Shown here: one piece after another, positions 13,117-24,077 of the stretch
How positions within the stretch are numbered: the stretch's first letter is position 1
Layout: every line of letters starts with the position of its first letter
Assembly (NCBI GenBank): GCA_964057225.1
Contig: OZ059897.1
Location: 12,462,001 to 12,526,000 of the forward strand
Source of the DNA: Auanema rhodensis
Taxonomy: Eukaryota; Animalia; Nematoda
DNA: 64,000 nucleotides
Direction of reading: 5' to 3'
Notes under the pieces: generated by a model
Databases searched by the model: none
Told to the model about the DNA's origin: nothing
The model's input: only the letters and a program-made list of their open reading frames with translations
Translations under genes and position numbers: made by a program

Positions 13117-14054
13117 TTATTTATACATTAGATCAATTTCAGATTCTTCCTGAGCCCATTCTTCTCTCATTTCTGTTGATACTGATGTGAATAAATAATC
13201 CCAAGTCCATGGAATGTTTTCATCCTTAACTTCGTCCTCCAGGCATAAATAGCGAGAGAGTAGAGATATGTCTATTATAAAAGCTTGAATACAGTTGGGA
13301 GTTGAAAAAGAAACCTATGTCGTCCAACTTAGCAATTTGAGGATGTTTTTGGGCAAAGTGGTCCACTTGTAATATGCCTTGTAAATGAGCTGATGTTATC
13401 TGTGGTGCTCGAGCTACAGCGTCGTATTCCACACGTGGCATTGACGAACTAGCAGATGGTGGGAAAGATGCTTCGGCTGAACATACCACATATAATAAAA
13501 ATGAAATATGTAAACTTTTTCTCTCTCATACCAAAGTTTTGCACGGTTGTGTTGTTGGACTGTTGGGGTGGTGTCGCATTAAGAGTTTCTTCTCCTTCTT
13601 CATTTTTCTTTTTTCCAGCTCGTGAACCTGGTCTGCGAAACAAACCTAAAGCAATAAAAGAGTTCGATCAACTTTACATATATAATACCTGTTAAAGGTC
13701 GTTTTAGCGTTTCTGCAGCTCCTTCTTTAAGCCCTTTAATAGGAGTTTCCTAAATAAAAGCTGGTACTCTGGTTTTAACAAAAACAACAATACCTTGAAC
13801 AGCCCCGCAATTCGGTTCTTTTTAGCTCCCACATCATCAGTACCACGATCCTTTACAGTTATATTCAATTCACCACTTTCTGTAACGTTATGAAATTAAA
13901 TACAACTTGTATGCTTTATAAATATTGCAAGTGTACCTGATGCATCAGCATTTTTATCAACAATATCAGAGGCTTGGGATATAGCTTTCCTACGATTAGC
14001 TCTTGAACTTACAGCTCTGGGCTTTCGTTTAGAGTCAATCCCAATATCAGTCAT
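13117..14054 (-). CDS. ift-43: Intraflagellar transport protein 43 (IFT-A subunit)
   Basis: Six phase-consistent exons. The C-terminus AVARAP..KLDDIDISLLSRYLCLEDEVKDENIPWTWDYLFTSVSTEMREEW matches the IFT43 hallmark (IDLxLL..W-x-WDxLFTxVSxE). X-boxes upstream support a ciliary gene. Confidence 0.85.
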
Positions 14055-14107
14055 GCTCAGTCACTGAAAGTAAAAAGAAAACAGCCCCAGTTGAGAGCTC
14101 CTGCTTT

Positions 14108-14121
14108 GTTGTCATGACAAC
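14108..14121. promoter_or_regulatory. X-box (RFX/DAF-19 site), copy 1
   Basis: GTTGTC-AT-GACAAC is a perfect palindrome fitting GTNRYC-AT-RRNAAC, about 55 bp upstream of the ift-43 ATG. Confidence 0.85.
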
Positions 14122-14248
14122 CTGAAAGACCACGGCTTATTACAATGAAGTTGCATTCTGGGCTTTCGTTTACAGTCAATCCCAATATCAGTCATGCTCA
14201 GTCACTAAAAGTAAAAAGAAAGCAGCTCCAGTTGAGAGCTCCTGCTTT

Positions 14249-14262
14249 GTTGTCATGGCAAC
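14249..14262. promoter_or_regulatory. X-box (RFX/DAF-19 site), copy 2
   Basis: GTTGTC-AT-GGCAAC in the second repeat unit also fits the consensus. Confidence 0.8.
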
Positions 14263-14544
14263 CTAAAAGACCACGGCTTAAAACAATGAAGTTGCATTGG
14301 ATTCTCCAAATTACGCAATAAAGAACTCAAAAAGAAAAATAAGATGATGAAACTTCAACTTTTTATATAACATTGAAATAGCTGAAATTCTTTCGTTTTT
14401 AAAATCGTGATAATTACACCAAATTCGAGTATTCAAGTTGTACAATCTTTCATAATGAATATATGTTCACAATATGCTCTCCAAGGAAGTTTACCAACTA
14501 ACAAGTTGAAATGATATTAAATTTGGATAGTTTGGACCAATTAA

Positions 14545-14700
14545 ATCATGGGCTGCGCGTCGCGTAGCGGGCGAAAAGAAGGCGGAGTTTGCACACAGAA
14601 GAGCCAATCGTTGAGAGGAATTTTGCTTCGACCAATCATCGTTTGCGCCGCCCATCTGAGGGTATATAAACGGCCGCTCGTGCGCGCGCGGGTACACGCC
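14545..14700 (+). promoter_or_regulatory. CpG-rich core promoter of mdt-26, divergent from ift-43
   Basis: GC/CpG-rich patch in AT-rich DNA with an E2F-like GCGGGCGAAAA, a GGCGGAG box, two CCAAT boxes and TATATAAA at 14663-14670. Confidence 0.65.
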
Positions 14701-14719
14701 TGCTAGGGCTGCGATCTGG

Positions 14720-17098
14720 ATGGTGGCGTGTGCTGCTGTCTCATCTCAGTCTCACGTCCTGCTGGCAGTGCCGATGACAACTTGCGCACTGTCCGTTGAT
14801 CAACTGAAGCAGCAACTCCTTGCCGCACTAGAGAATGTAAGCATAAACAGCATATTTGAAACATTTGATCTTGTGTAAAAGCGCGATAAATCTGGGAAAG
14901 CAAGTTAATAGATTAACTATTTCCTTTGTTAATAATGATTCGTATGACGATTTTCAATAAAGTCTGCCTATAATTTGTTGGTGTTTCTTAAGTATTATCC
15001 TCATAATCAACTAATCTAGAAATTTATGTTTCCTATGAAACGTGGTCAACTGGGCTGAGGGGCTTTGACTTTGTCTGTGCCTTCTCTACCTTGTTGTTTC
15101 AGGTCAGTTACGAGACTGTGTGTGAAGTCCTGTCAGAGCTGGAAAGGTCTCCTATCACCAAGGAAATCTTGGAGGTGAGCATGTGTAACTCTCCTATTTC
15201 TCAGAGATGGGCCGGCGCTCGCTAGAGGCGTCCCCCCCAGACTGAGCTTCGGCGGTTCGGGGTGTTTGCGTCTCTAACGTGCCCTGCTTGTCTGATTCTA
15301 CCAGATCAATACCAACTTCAGCATTTATGTTGAGGGATGGCTTTTGTCATATGTATATATGTATATTTGCACTTTTATATGTGTAGTGAAATTATGAAAT
15401 AAATGTATAGTAAAAGCATTTTCTCTAATAAAGTGTTATAGTCTACGAGGGTCGGTGCTACGATAAATGATGTTAGGAAACGATTTCTGGAACAGTGGCC
15501 AGATGTTTCACAAAGATGTCGTTCACTGATTAAAACTTGGAAGAAATTAGTTGAGGTATTGTTCAACTGTTTCCATGAGCGTTCGTCTCATATTCGAAGC
15601 AGCAGGTGCGGGCGGGGTCCAGTTGTACCTCTTCTGCCAATGCTACTCCGAACTTGGTATCCCCAGGAGCAGCTCGTTTGCAAAGGAAAGTAACCCCTGC
15701 AACTCCCGTAAACAAACGAGTTACATCAGCCGGACTTTCTAATGGTATATTTTATTATTTTACTGTCGTGTAAACTTTAATTCAGGACGAAGTACTACAG
15801 TGTCACCAGCGAATGGGAGCTATGCACCTAAAGTTCTGAATTCACCCAATGGTGGTCTTCACAAGTCACAATCAGTTGGAGCTGAATTGTTGACTAAAGG
15901 TGATGATTGTCGTAATGGAAAAAGGAAGCTTGAGGATGGTATATAGCTTTGGTAAACTTTTCTTTATAAATGTGCTTTCCGCAGGTGGACCTGCACTAAA
16001 GCGAGTCAAAACCACTGCCAGTGGGCTATCAAACAGTACTGGAACATCTTCTGTATCTGCGGCTAGACGAGCTACACAAAGCACAACAGAGCTCGTTAGT
16101 ACACTGGTCTCCGTGACGTAGATTTGCTTTCTTTATTTAGGTAGCTCAATTGAGTCAAAACTTGCCTGAGCATATGAGCATCGATTCATCAATTCGTGAA
16201 CATGAAGAAAAAGTTAAGAGAGAGCAACAAGATGAAGAGGTATGTCTATTCACAACAAATTTCTTTCTATTTCAATGTTGTTCCGTTTACTTGACATTCA
16301 TTGATAAGTCAATATCATGTTGACATACTTATTCAACCTATTTTTCTCTGGATTTCATTTATAATTTTTTTGCTCAGCAACTCGGTGTACCAGCGGTTGT
16401 ATCAGTTCAAGAAAAGAAGAAAAGGAAATACGAGCGGAAGCAAAAGACTGAAAGTTCAAATTCTGCGAGTTCTACACCAGGTTTTTATTCTAATTAATTA
16501 TATGTTAATGTCTTGTTTACAGTTTCTGAAGAAAGAAAAGGAGGACTTATTTTACGTCTTCCTCGTATTGCCCCTGTTAAAGAAGAAGAACCTAGCGTTT
16601 CTAAAACAGAAATAACTTTAACTGAGGTTCATTTTCTAGCATTATTTTATTTCATTTCAGCATATCAATTTCAGAATTCCCGACCTACTTCATCCATGTC
16701 ATCCTCCGTAATAGAAACAAATGCTGATTCTAAAAAGCATATTGATTGGATGTCTTTAGTTCCTTCATTAGAATCGCTTATGAAGAAAGTTGAAGATACG
16801 AAAAGCAAAGATTCTACTTCAAATATGGATCCTACTAAGGTAGTTCGGTTATTATCAAGGCTATCTAACACCGTTTTCCTCTTTAGGTTCATCGCGTAAC
16901 AGTTAATGAAAGAAAATTGGTTGCTTTGCCGTATCTAGATTTTCAATCAAAACCTGATTTTCTGTCCTATCGGTAAGCTAAAAGTCTTCGAATATCAATT
17001 TAAAAATGACAACTTTTAGTTATCCTGATGCTGCACAATACTATGCAGAAGAAAACTTTCGTTACGGGGCAGAACGGGAAAGTGTAATTTTAAATTAA
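14720..17098 (+). CDS. mdt-26: Mediator subunit 26 (N-terminal TFIIS-N domain)
   Basis: LSVDQLKQQLLAALEN|VSYETVCEVLSELERSPITKEILE|STRVGATINDVRK..RCRSLIKTWKKLVE matches the MED26 N-terminus, and the C-terminal LVALPYLD matches the MED26 LPY motif. The start is ATG 14720 or the in-frame ATG 14774. The last-exon end is approximate. Confidence 0.88.
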
Positions 17099-17485
17099 GC
17101 GAATTATAACTTTTCTTCTACGGGCAAGTCTTTCCGACTAGCTAACTTACACTAGTCTTACTCATCCTTGATCTCTTAAGAGCGTTACATGACTCAGAGT
17201 CAGTTCATATCATTACAATCAATTAGAATGCGTTACTTATCACTCTGCTCTTATCAAGAAAGATTATTAGAAATCCGCTGGTGCATGAAATCGTTGTTGC
17301 CTTGTTTTCTGTGATTCTCCTTTTTCATATTGGTTTAAGATGCTCATTGTTTTGATTCAATTGTTGGAATAAAATCTTTACGTTTTAATAATTTTGCCGT
17401 TCTCTCATTTCGCTTTCGTTGTATATTTTTATGTTGAATAATATATCCTTCAATTTTATGTTGAATAATATCCAATACTGTTTAG

Positions 17486-19283
17486 ATGTTAAAAACTAGA
17501 AAGAAATTACGGGCACCATGTGCAATTAGTAAACCTGGTTATTCCAATTGGCATTATGGTTAGAACTCATACCTTGCATTCGAAACGTGTTCTTTAGGAG
17601 TTATCATTGAGACAACGGGTGATTCTGATGAGAATTCGCGAAAAGAAAAAAATGTATACCTGTATTCAAAAACTATAAATAGGGATTGTAATAAATAGAT
17701 GAAAGATTCTGGGTTGGATTGAAGCATTATTTTAGGTGGTAAATTGCTATGCTCAATGGGTTGGAAAGATTTTCATAGAGGGCAATGGGTTTACTTTAAT
17801 ACAAAAGATGATGAAAACTTCTTTAAAGTAAGTGTGTGTGTGCGAGTTATGTCTTTACTTCATTTCTAAAACAGAGTGAGCTAATCAACAGTCCCTACCC
17901 AACTGAAGTGAACGTAAATAATGACGTTGAGGTGCGCTTTGTTTGCTATTTTTAATTTGTGGTGATAAACCTTTAGGTCAAAGTTAGGCTTTTCGTTATT
18001 CCCGAGTTTATATCTGATCGTTATTTCAACAACTGGATTAAATTCTGGTCTCCAGAAATGGGACTAGTGTACAGTGATATCGAAGTTTGTTCAGATATAC
18101 ACATTTTTATACTGATACTAAAAAATAAATATCTTTAGTCTGTTAATAAGATGAAGATATCGAGCAATCATGTTTATAAGGCATGGATTTCTTGGGCTTT
18201 GACTCCAGCATGCTTTAATCACAAAGTTTGTGAATGATATTTTTTTTTAATTTTGTGTGCTTTTAGGAGATAGATCCATACAATTTTCCATATGAACCAA
18301 CTATTTACTGGAGATTACATTGGAACCGTAACATAAACGAAATAGAGTGTATGGGAAATATTAATGATATTCCAGATGAAGTCAGTTTGTTCTTGTTAGA
18401 TGTAAAAATCTTAGTAATACAGGTGCAAGATTTGCGAATCTTGGCAAAACATCAAACACAATACGAGATTATGTGTGAATACTTTTATCGATATAACTGC
18501 CTTCCCACTAAGGTTCAAATCAAGGCTGCAATGCCTAAAGATAACGAAAATTTTCTAGTTGTTGGGCTTATGCATTTTTCTTTTCTATATTGTTGATCTA
18601 GAGTTTGAATAGCAACGGTAGAAGAAAAAAGCTTGTTTCTTGTGGAGCGGATGATAATGTTTTTGGGGTATGTTTCAATTTTTTTCAAAATTTGCTCAGA
18701 GATAATTATACCTAAGGTAATGAATTTTGATGAAATACACATGCCACCTAATTGTGAATTAGCTATACATATAAATTCGCAAGCTTTGTGTGATGCACCG
18801 GAATATGTTCAAGCAGAAACGGTAATACAACCAATATATTTTATCAACAATCGTAAGATACAGGAATTTACTGCTATTGAAGAGAGATGCTTTGCCAATG
18901 TGACGAAACTTAATGTTAAGGCTGACGAGGTTAGAAAGGAAAGTCGTAAAAACAAAAATCGAACAAATCCTGCTCCATTTTCCAATAAAGAAAATATAGA
19001 GAAAAATATTTGTAATGAACAAAAGAATCCTGTTGGAATATCATATTTTAGTAATGTTAGGGATAATTTCAATTTTAGTGTGAACTGATTATAAGTTTAT
19101 AGAAAGAGAGAAAACGATCTCTCGTAAGACAGTCCGTAGTCAATTTTAGTAGTGATCGTTTGGTTCCAATTAACGTAAGTCAATAGTATCATTATAAATT
19201 CTAATATTTCTTAGAAAACCGAACGAAAAATTAGGTTTTTTGACCTAAAGTATGGTGACGATCCTTTCCACGGTAATTTTTAA
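17486..19283 (+). CDS. Uncharacterised multi-exon protein, probable operon partner of mdt-26
   Basis: tgtttag immediately precedes ATG 17486. A chain of open exons with short GT-AG introns follows (e.g. VKVRLFVIPEFISDRYFNNWIKFWSPEMGLVYSDIE; EIDPYNFPYEPTIYWRLHW; CELAIHINSQALCDAPEY), ending ..DDPFHGNF*. The junction near 17655-17735 is unresolved and the family is not recognised. Confidence 0.6.
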
Positions 19284-19433
19284 GTAAAAAGTAAAACGTT
19301 TTAGATTCAAAATACTGATTTTAATTTCATGTGAATGTTTATGTTGTTTTTTTAGAGCTATATATCTGTACACAAAAGTTTATTTCAAAAAATAAAGTTT
19401 GTAATAACCCACATTGTTAAATAAATGAATAAA

Positions 19434-20509
19434 TTAAACGATCATTTCGAGCTGTTTAGCATAAAAGATCAATTGCTTGGCGATACGAGAAGTATCCAAT
19501 TCTTGTTCATGTACCGGGACTTCACAATCAAACACAAAGTTGGTACCATCAACTTTCCATGATCGCTGAAAAATTTAAACTAAACACAAATAAAATAATA
19601 GTTATATACTTGTTTGGCAAAGTCCATAGTTTGTCCATCATTCTCAAAAAGCAATCGAGTGGTAGCATCCTTAACGTTCAACATTTTGAAAGATTTCTCA
19701 ATAGATGTGGCAATATTCCTTCTGTAAAGCACATGATACACAATAATACCTAAAACCATTTTAGAACCTGACAGCATCCATCATAATACGAACGAAGACT
19801 CCATAATATGGGCTTGGTATATTTTTCTCAGTAAGAACGACCTACGAGATAATTTAGTGATTTGTGAGACAATATTTACTCTAACCTTATTATAAGCTCC
19901 TTCCATTAACGATTGTTCCAAACGAACAGGAGTAACAATGTAAGGATCCATTATCTGGATACTTTGGGGAATTTGCTCCAAAAGCTAAAACAAAACCATT
20001 AATTTTTAGACGTTTTGAAGATAGCTTACCATATGAAAATCAGAAAGACGGTTACCAACAGCTAAGAGAAACATCAAGTTAAGACCGATCATTAGATATT
20101 TGTTAGTGCTGGCTTCAGGCTTAAGCTCATAGAAGGAAAGAACCTGAATTATATATATTATTTAAAATTCGTAGAAATGATATTGCCTGTAGAATAGCAT
20201 CCTTGAAAGCATCCATGTCAGCTTTCAAAACCGCTACGAGAGCAGAGATTTCGTAAACATCACTGAATAAAAAAAATAATAATAATGAAATTTAACAAAA
20301 TACCATTGGATAGTAGTTATAGACTTATCATCCAAGGAGGCGGTAACATTTCTATCGAAGAGAAGATCCTAACAACAAACACTTTATTTAGTATATGACG
20401 ATAAACGTACCTTAACATTATTCAAATTCTGTTCAACACTGTCGAGATTCTTTTGGGGCTTAGACCACTCATCTAAGAGTTTCTTATGCAGAGCTTGAAT
20501 ATTTGCCAT
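19434..20509 (-). CDS. rpn-12: 26S proteasome lid subunit RPN12/PSMD8
   Basis: MIGLNLMFLLAVGNRLSDFHM|LLEQIP..DPYIVTPVRLEQSLMEGAYNK|VVLTEKNIPSPYY.., C-terminus RIAKQLIFYAKQLEMIV*. Confidence 0.95.
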
Positions 20510-22021
20510 CTCTATGATGAATATATTTATACAACCTAACTATACCACAATAATACAAGAGTAAAGTTATTTAAGTGATGAGAATTCAAACGCGCTCGGT
20601 TGACTACAATATTAAATACCGTACATTGAAATTAGAGTTGGAGCACGCATTTGAAATTAGAAACGAATTATTTAAAAAATGTTTGCATTCGTTTAAGTTG
20701 TTACCGTCAAACATATATGTACATATGTATATGCGAGAAAAAAAAAATTATGCTTTTCAATTTAATGTGGAATTTTAAAATAAATTAATAAAAATATATA
20801 ATTCTTTCATCTCTATACTTTTTTAATATAGTATCAATGTGCGTAAATTGTTTTAAAAATGGGTAAGTCTATTGTCTCTATCTTCAAACCACGGATTGTG
20901 AGCCGGATCTGAATTCTCATTAAACTTATGGTTGTCATCTAGTTTTGGGAAACTCAAAAAGGTCAAGAAAGAGCCAGTGAAGCGTAGTATTAAACAAGGG
21001 CATTATGTTTCTGTATTTTTTTACACGCTTTCCTGAGTAACAGAAACCGGAAATCAGGAAACAAGTTTGAAATTCATGTGGTTAATTGTGCAGATCAAGT
21101 CAAACACCTTATAAATGACTAAGTCAAGCTTCGGTGAATCCCCATGTAGTTTCAGCCTTGCAAAGATTGGCTTCTTAAAAAGGCAGTTGTCAGTGGTCAG
21201 CCGAAAAAAACTCGATCAAGCCGGGATCGGTTGGCTAAGAGAAATCGTCTTCGTCAAAAGGACAGGCTAGCATTCAGTTTGTTTCATTCAGCTGAACACC
21301 TTCTTTCGTGATATATTTGCCCTGAAGCTATGTTTTCAAAGGAAATCGTCTTCATATCCAGCTTGCTTATCACTCAACTACATTTCACCATCTACATAAT
21401 CGTTGTCTTCTCCATAACTGGTTCTATAGCAGTAAATGTTGTAATTAGATGAGTATCTTTGTCAAATCTCGAGAATGTTGCTAGAATAGCTATTATATCT
21501 TATGAACACTCAAATAACTTGGTAAGCTTCTAAGTGATGTGACAGTTCATCCCGCCGTTTTCAATCTTGATCAAGCTTGGGTTTAGATTCTTTATAAGCC
21601 ATAGCAGCGATTTAAATCGCTCGTTTCTTGCATTCTCATATTTCCTAACTTTCAATTTAAATACCAAGCATTTATACAATGCGATTTCTTGTCTTATATA
21701 CCATATAGAAGCGAAAAGTAGAGTTCCAAGAATCTCACTAGTTTCATTGAAACACGTAAATATACATATTTGTTATATATTTATTTCAAAGTTTCTAAGT
21801 TTCAATCAAGTTCTTTGCCATTTTTTAAATGTTTAGTAAAACCAATTCCTTTTCAACTTTTCTTTGAGCATTAGTCATATATCCGCCCAAAGACCTGTTG
21901 TTAGCAAGATTAGATCATTGTTCATTGTAGCTTCTTTAATCCAACTTCTTCTTGTCGTTCTCGCAATTCAGTTTCACTTATCTGCTTAAGTTATTGTAGT
22001 CAGACTTCATATTTTTTCAGC

Positions 22022-23996
22022 ATGAGATTGTTAATTGTCTGCTTATTAATTGGCACAGTTGTGGCACAGCCACCTTTCAAGTGAGTCCCAATTATGACAA
22101 CAAATATACATCATCTACCTTTTCAGTAATAATCCTCTTTCTTTAAATTCGGCTAATTCAGCACCATCACCTTTCCAGGTAATATTTCTTCTTTTAATAC
22201 ACCCGCTATTCATTCTATGCATATAAAAAAATGATTTGTCTATCTATGAAACTAAAAGATGTGAGAAAATACTTATTATTGAAAAAACAAAAATAAATCA
22301 GATGCTTTATTAATAATCCGGTTGTTGTCACTTTTTATCACTTCGAACATAAGCAAAACTGATATTTCCTAGTGAGCTTGAAAGTTTAGTCTTAAATCAG
22401 GGTAGTATTTCCAGTTTTAGTGTCTTTTGTTTAGAAAAAAACTGAAATATATAAAATAAAACGTAATTTTTCATGAGTACATCCTTTTTATGGCTTCAAA
22501 TGTGATAATATTAATATAATTACTATTTTTTTCTATTTCAGCCAGCCCAATTAGGATTAGATCCCAATTTCGGAGCTTTCCGTACATTCCAGCTCAGTTC
22601 ACCTAGTATCCAGCCTGCGCAACTTGGACATGCTCAAGCTGCTGGTGTATCGTCTAGTTCTCAAGGACCTTCAGTCCCTCCTAATGTTGCTCAAATTCAA
22701 ACACCCCAATTTCCTCAATTCCAAATGCCCCAGTTATCTCAGCCAAGTGGAATTCCTCAATTATCACAAACAAATGGAATTCAAACACCATCACTGATGT
22801 CTCATAACTTGCCATCTTTCAACCAACCATTGTCCCCACCTGCTGCTATGACTAGTTTTGCTATGCCAAACCTTTTCAATTTTGGAACTCCTGCTCCTGC
22901 TGCCCCTGCTGCTCCTCTTCCTAACCTGTTCCAACAGCCACCAACTCCTTCTTATCATCCAATGTTTGGAATGCACCCATTCCCTCATCTTTTCAACCAG
23001 CCTTTTCCTCAAATGAACATTCTTCCATACCAACAAGGACAGACTGAATCTTCCCAAGTAGGAGGACAGATTGGCCAAAATTCGTTCCAACAGCCTCAAA
23101 CAATCGGATATCAACAGCAAACATTCAACGGAGTTATTCCAGTTGATAATGTAGATCGAACTGTAACAACTCAAGCACCAGTTGTAACTGCTGCATTCAC
23201 CCAGCCTCCTCAGCCTTCTCAGCCTTTCCATCCTTCTCCGCAATCTACTACTTCTGGTGAAGCTACAGCTCCTGCTGCTGTATCAGTAGAGCGTATCCAA
23301 CAGGTTTATAAAAAAATCTTAGATAGACATCTCATTAATGTTTTTTTAGAATAACCATGGATCAATCGTTCAATACCAAAAGCCTATTAATAACTATCAA
23401 GAAATTCATTCTATCATTGTCGGGACTAAAGAAGAAGTCTCGGCTGCTGAAATGCCCGGTGAAGATCGTGGAAAGTATAGCGAAGAGACTGAAGCTACAA
23501 CTCCATTCAGAGTATGTAAAACATTGTAGCATGCTTTATTCATTGAAACCTGTTTTAAGCCAGTCACTGTTGATCTCTCATCTCTCACTACCACCATGAA
23601 GCCAAAAGTTTTAGATTTTAGACAAGTTAGCAAAGCCTTGAGTATGTTATCATTCTTGTTTATGAAACCAATGTTTAACACGTTTAGAGGAAGAAGCTCT
23701 TGAGATTGCCGAAGGTATTGAAGCTAAACAAAAAGAACATAAATCTAGAAAACTACAAAAGTACAGAAAAGAATCTGATTCAGAAGAGGTTGATGTACAA
23801 CAGGTATTTGTCTTTTTTTCGTTACTATCATGACAAATTTGAAATTTATAGATTTTGACTCAGGTTATGGATGCTGTAATGCCAATGCAGCCAAAGGATG
23901 GTTTGTCATATTTTTTCGAATATCAATAGTAATTTTTTAAAATTTTCAGTTGCTCAACAAAAGATTGTTCCAAGCTCAGTTAAATTTAATGTATAG
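22022..23996 (+). CDS. Secreted Pro/Gln-rich low-complexity protein (pqn-like)
   Basis: TTTTTTCAG-C-ATG, signal peptide MRLLIVCLLIGTVVA, a long P/Q/F/N-rich exon (22542-23302) and acidic C-terminal exons ending VPSSVKFNV* (TAG 23994-23996). Confidence 0.8.
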
Positions 23997-24077
23997 AAGA
24001 GAGTAATATTATTTAAGGGAAACTGCAATATGTTTTATAATTTATAAGTATTTATAAAATAATATAGAATAAAGTTA

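Larger units (their letters stand above)
14016..14297. repeat. Tandem duplication, 2 x 141 bp (14016-14156 and 14157-14297)
   Basis: Direct comparison shows a constant 141-nt offset with only scattered substitutions. The unit holds the first 13 codons of ift-43, its acceptor and its X-box. Confidence 0.95.

Noticed and set aside
21151-21310. About 50-codon basic open frame after a TTTCAG
   Set aside because: No flanking exons, start codon or homology could be identified.
22791-23243. 150-aa antisense ORF, and similar shadows at 16671, 18759, 18809 and 56444
   Set aside because: Reverse-strand shadows of real exons with biased codon use.
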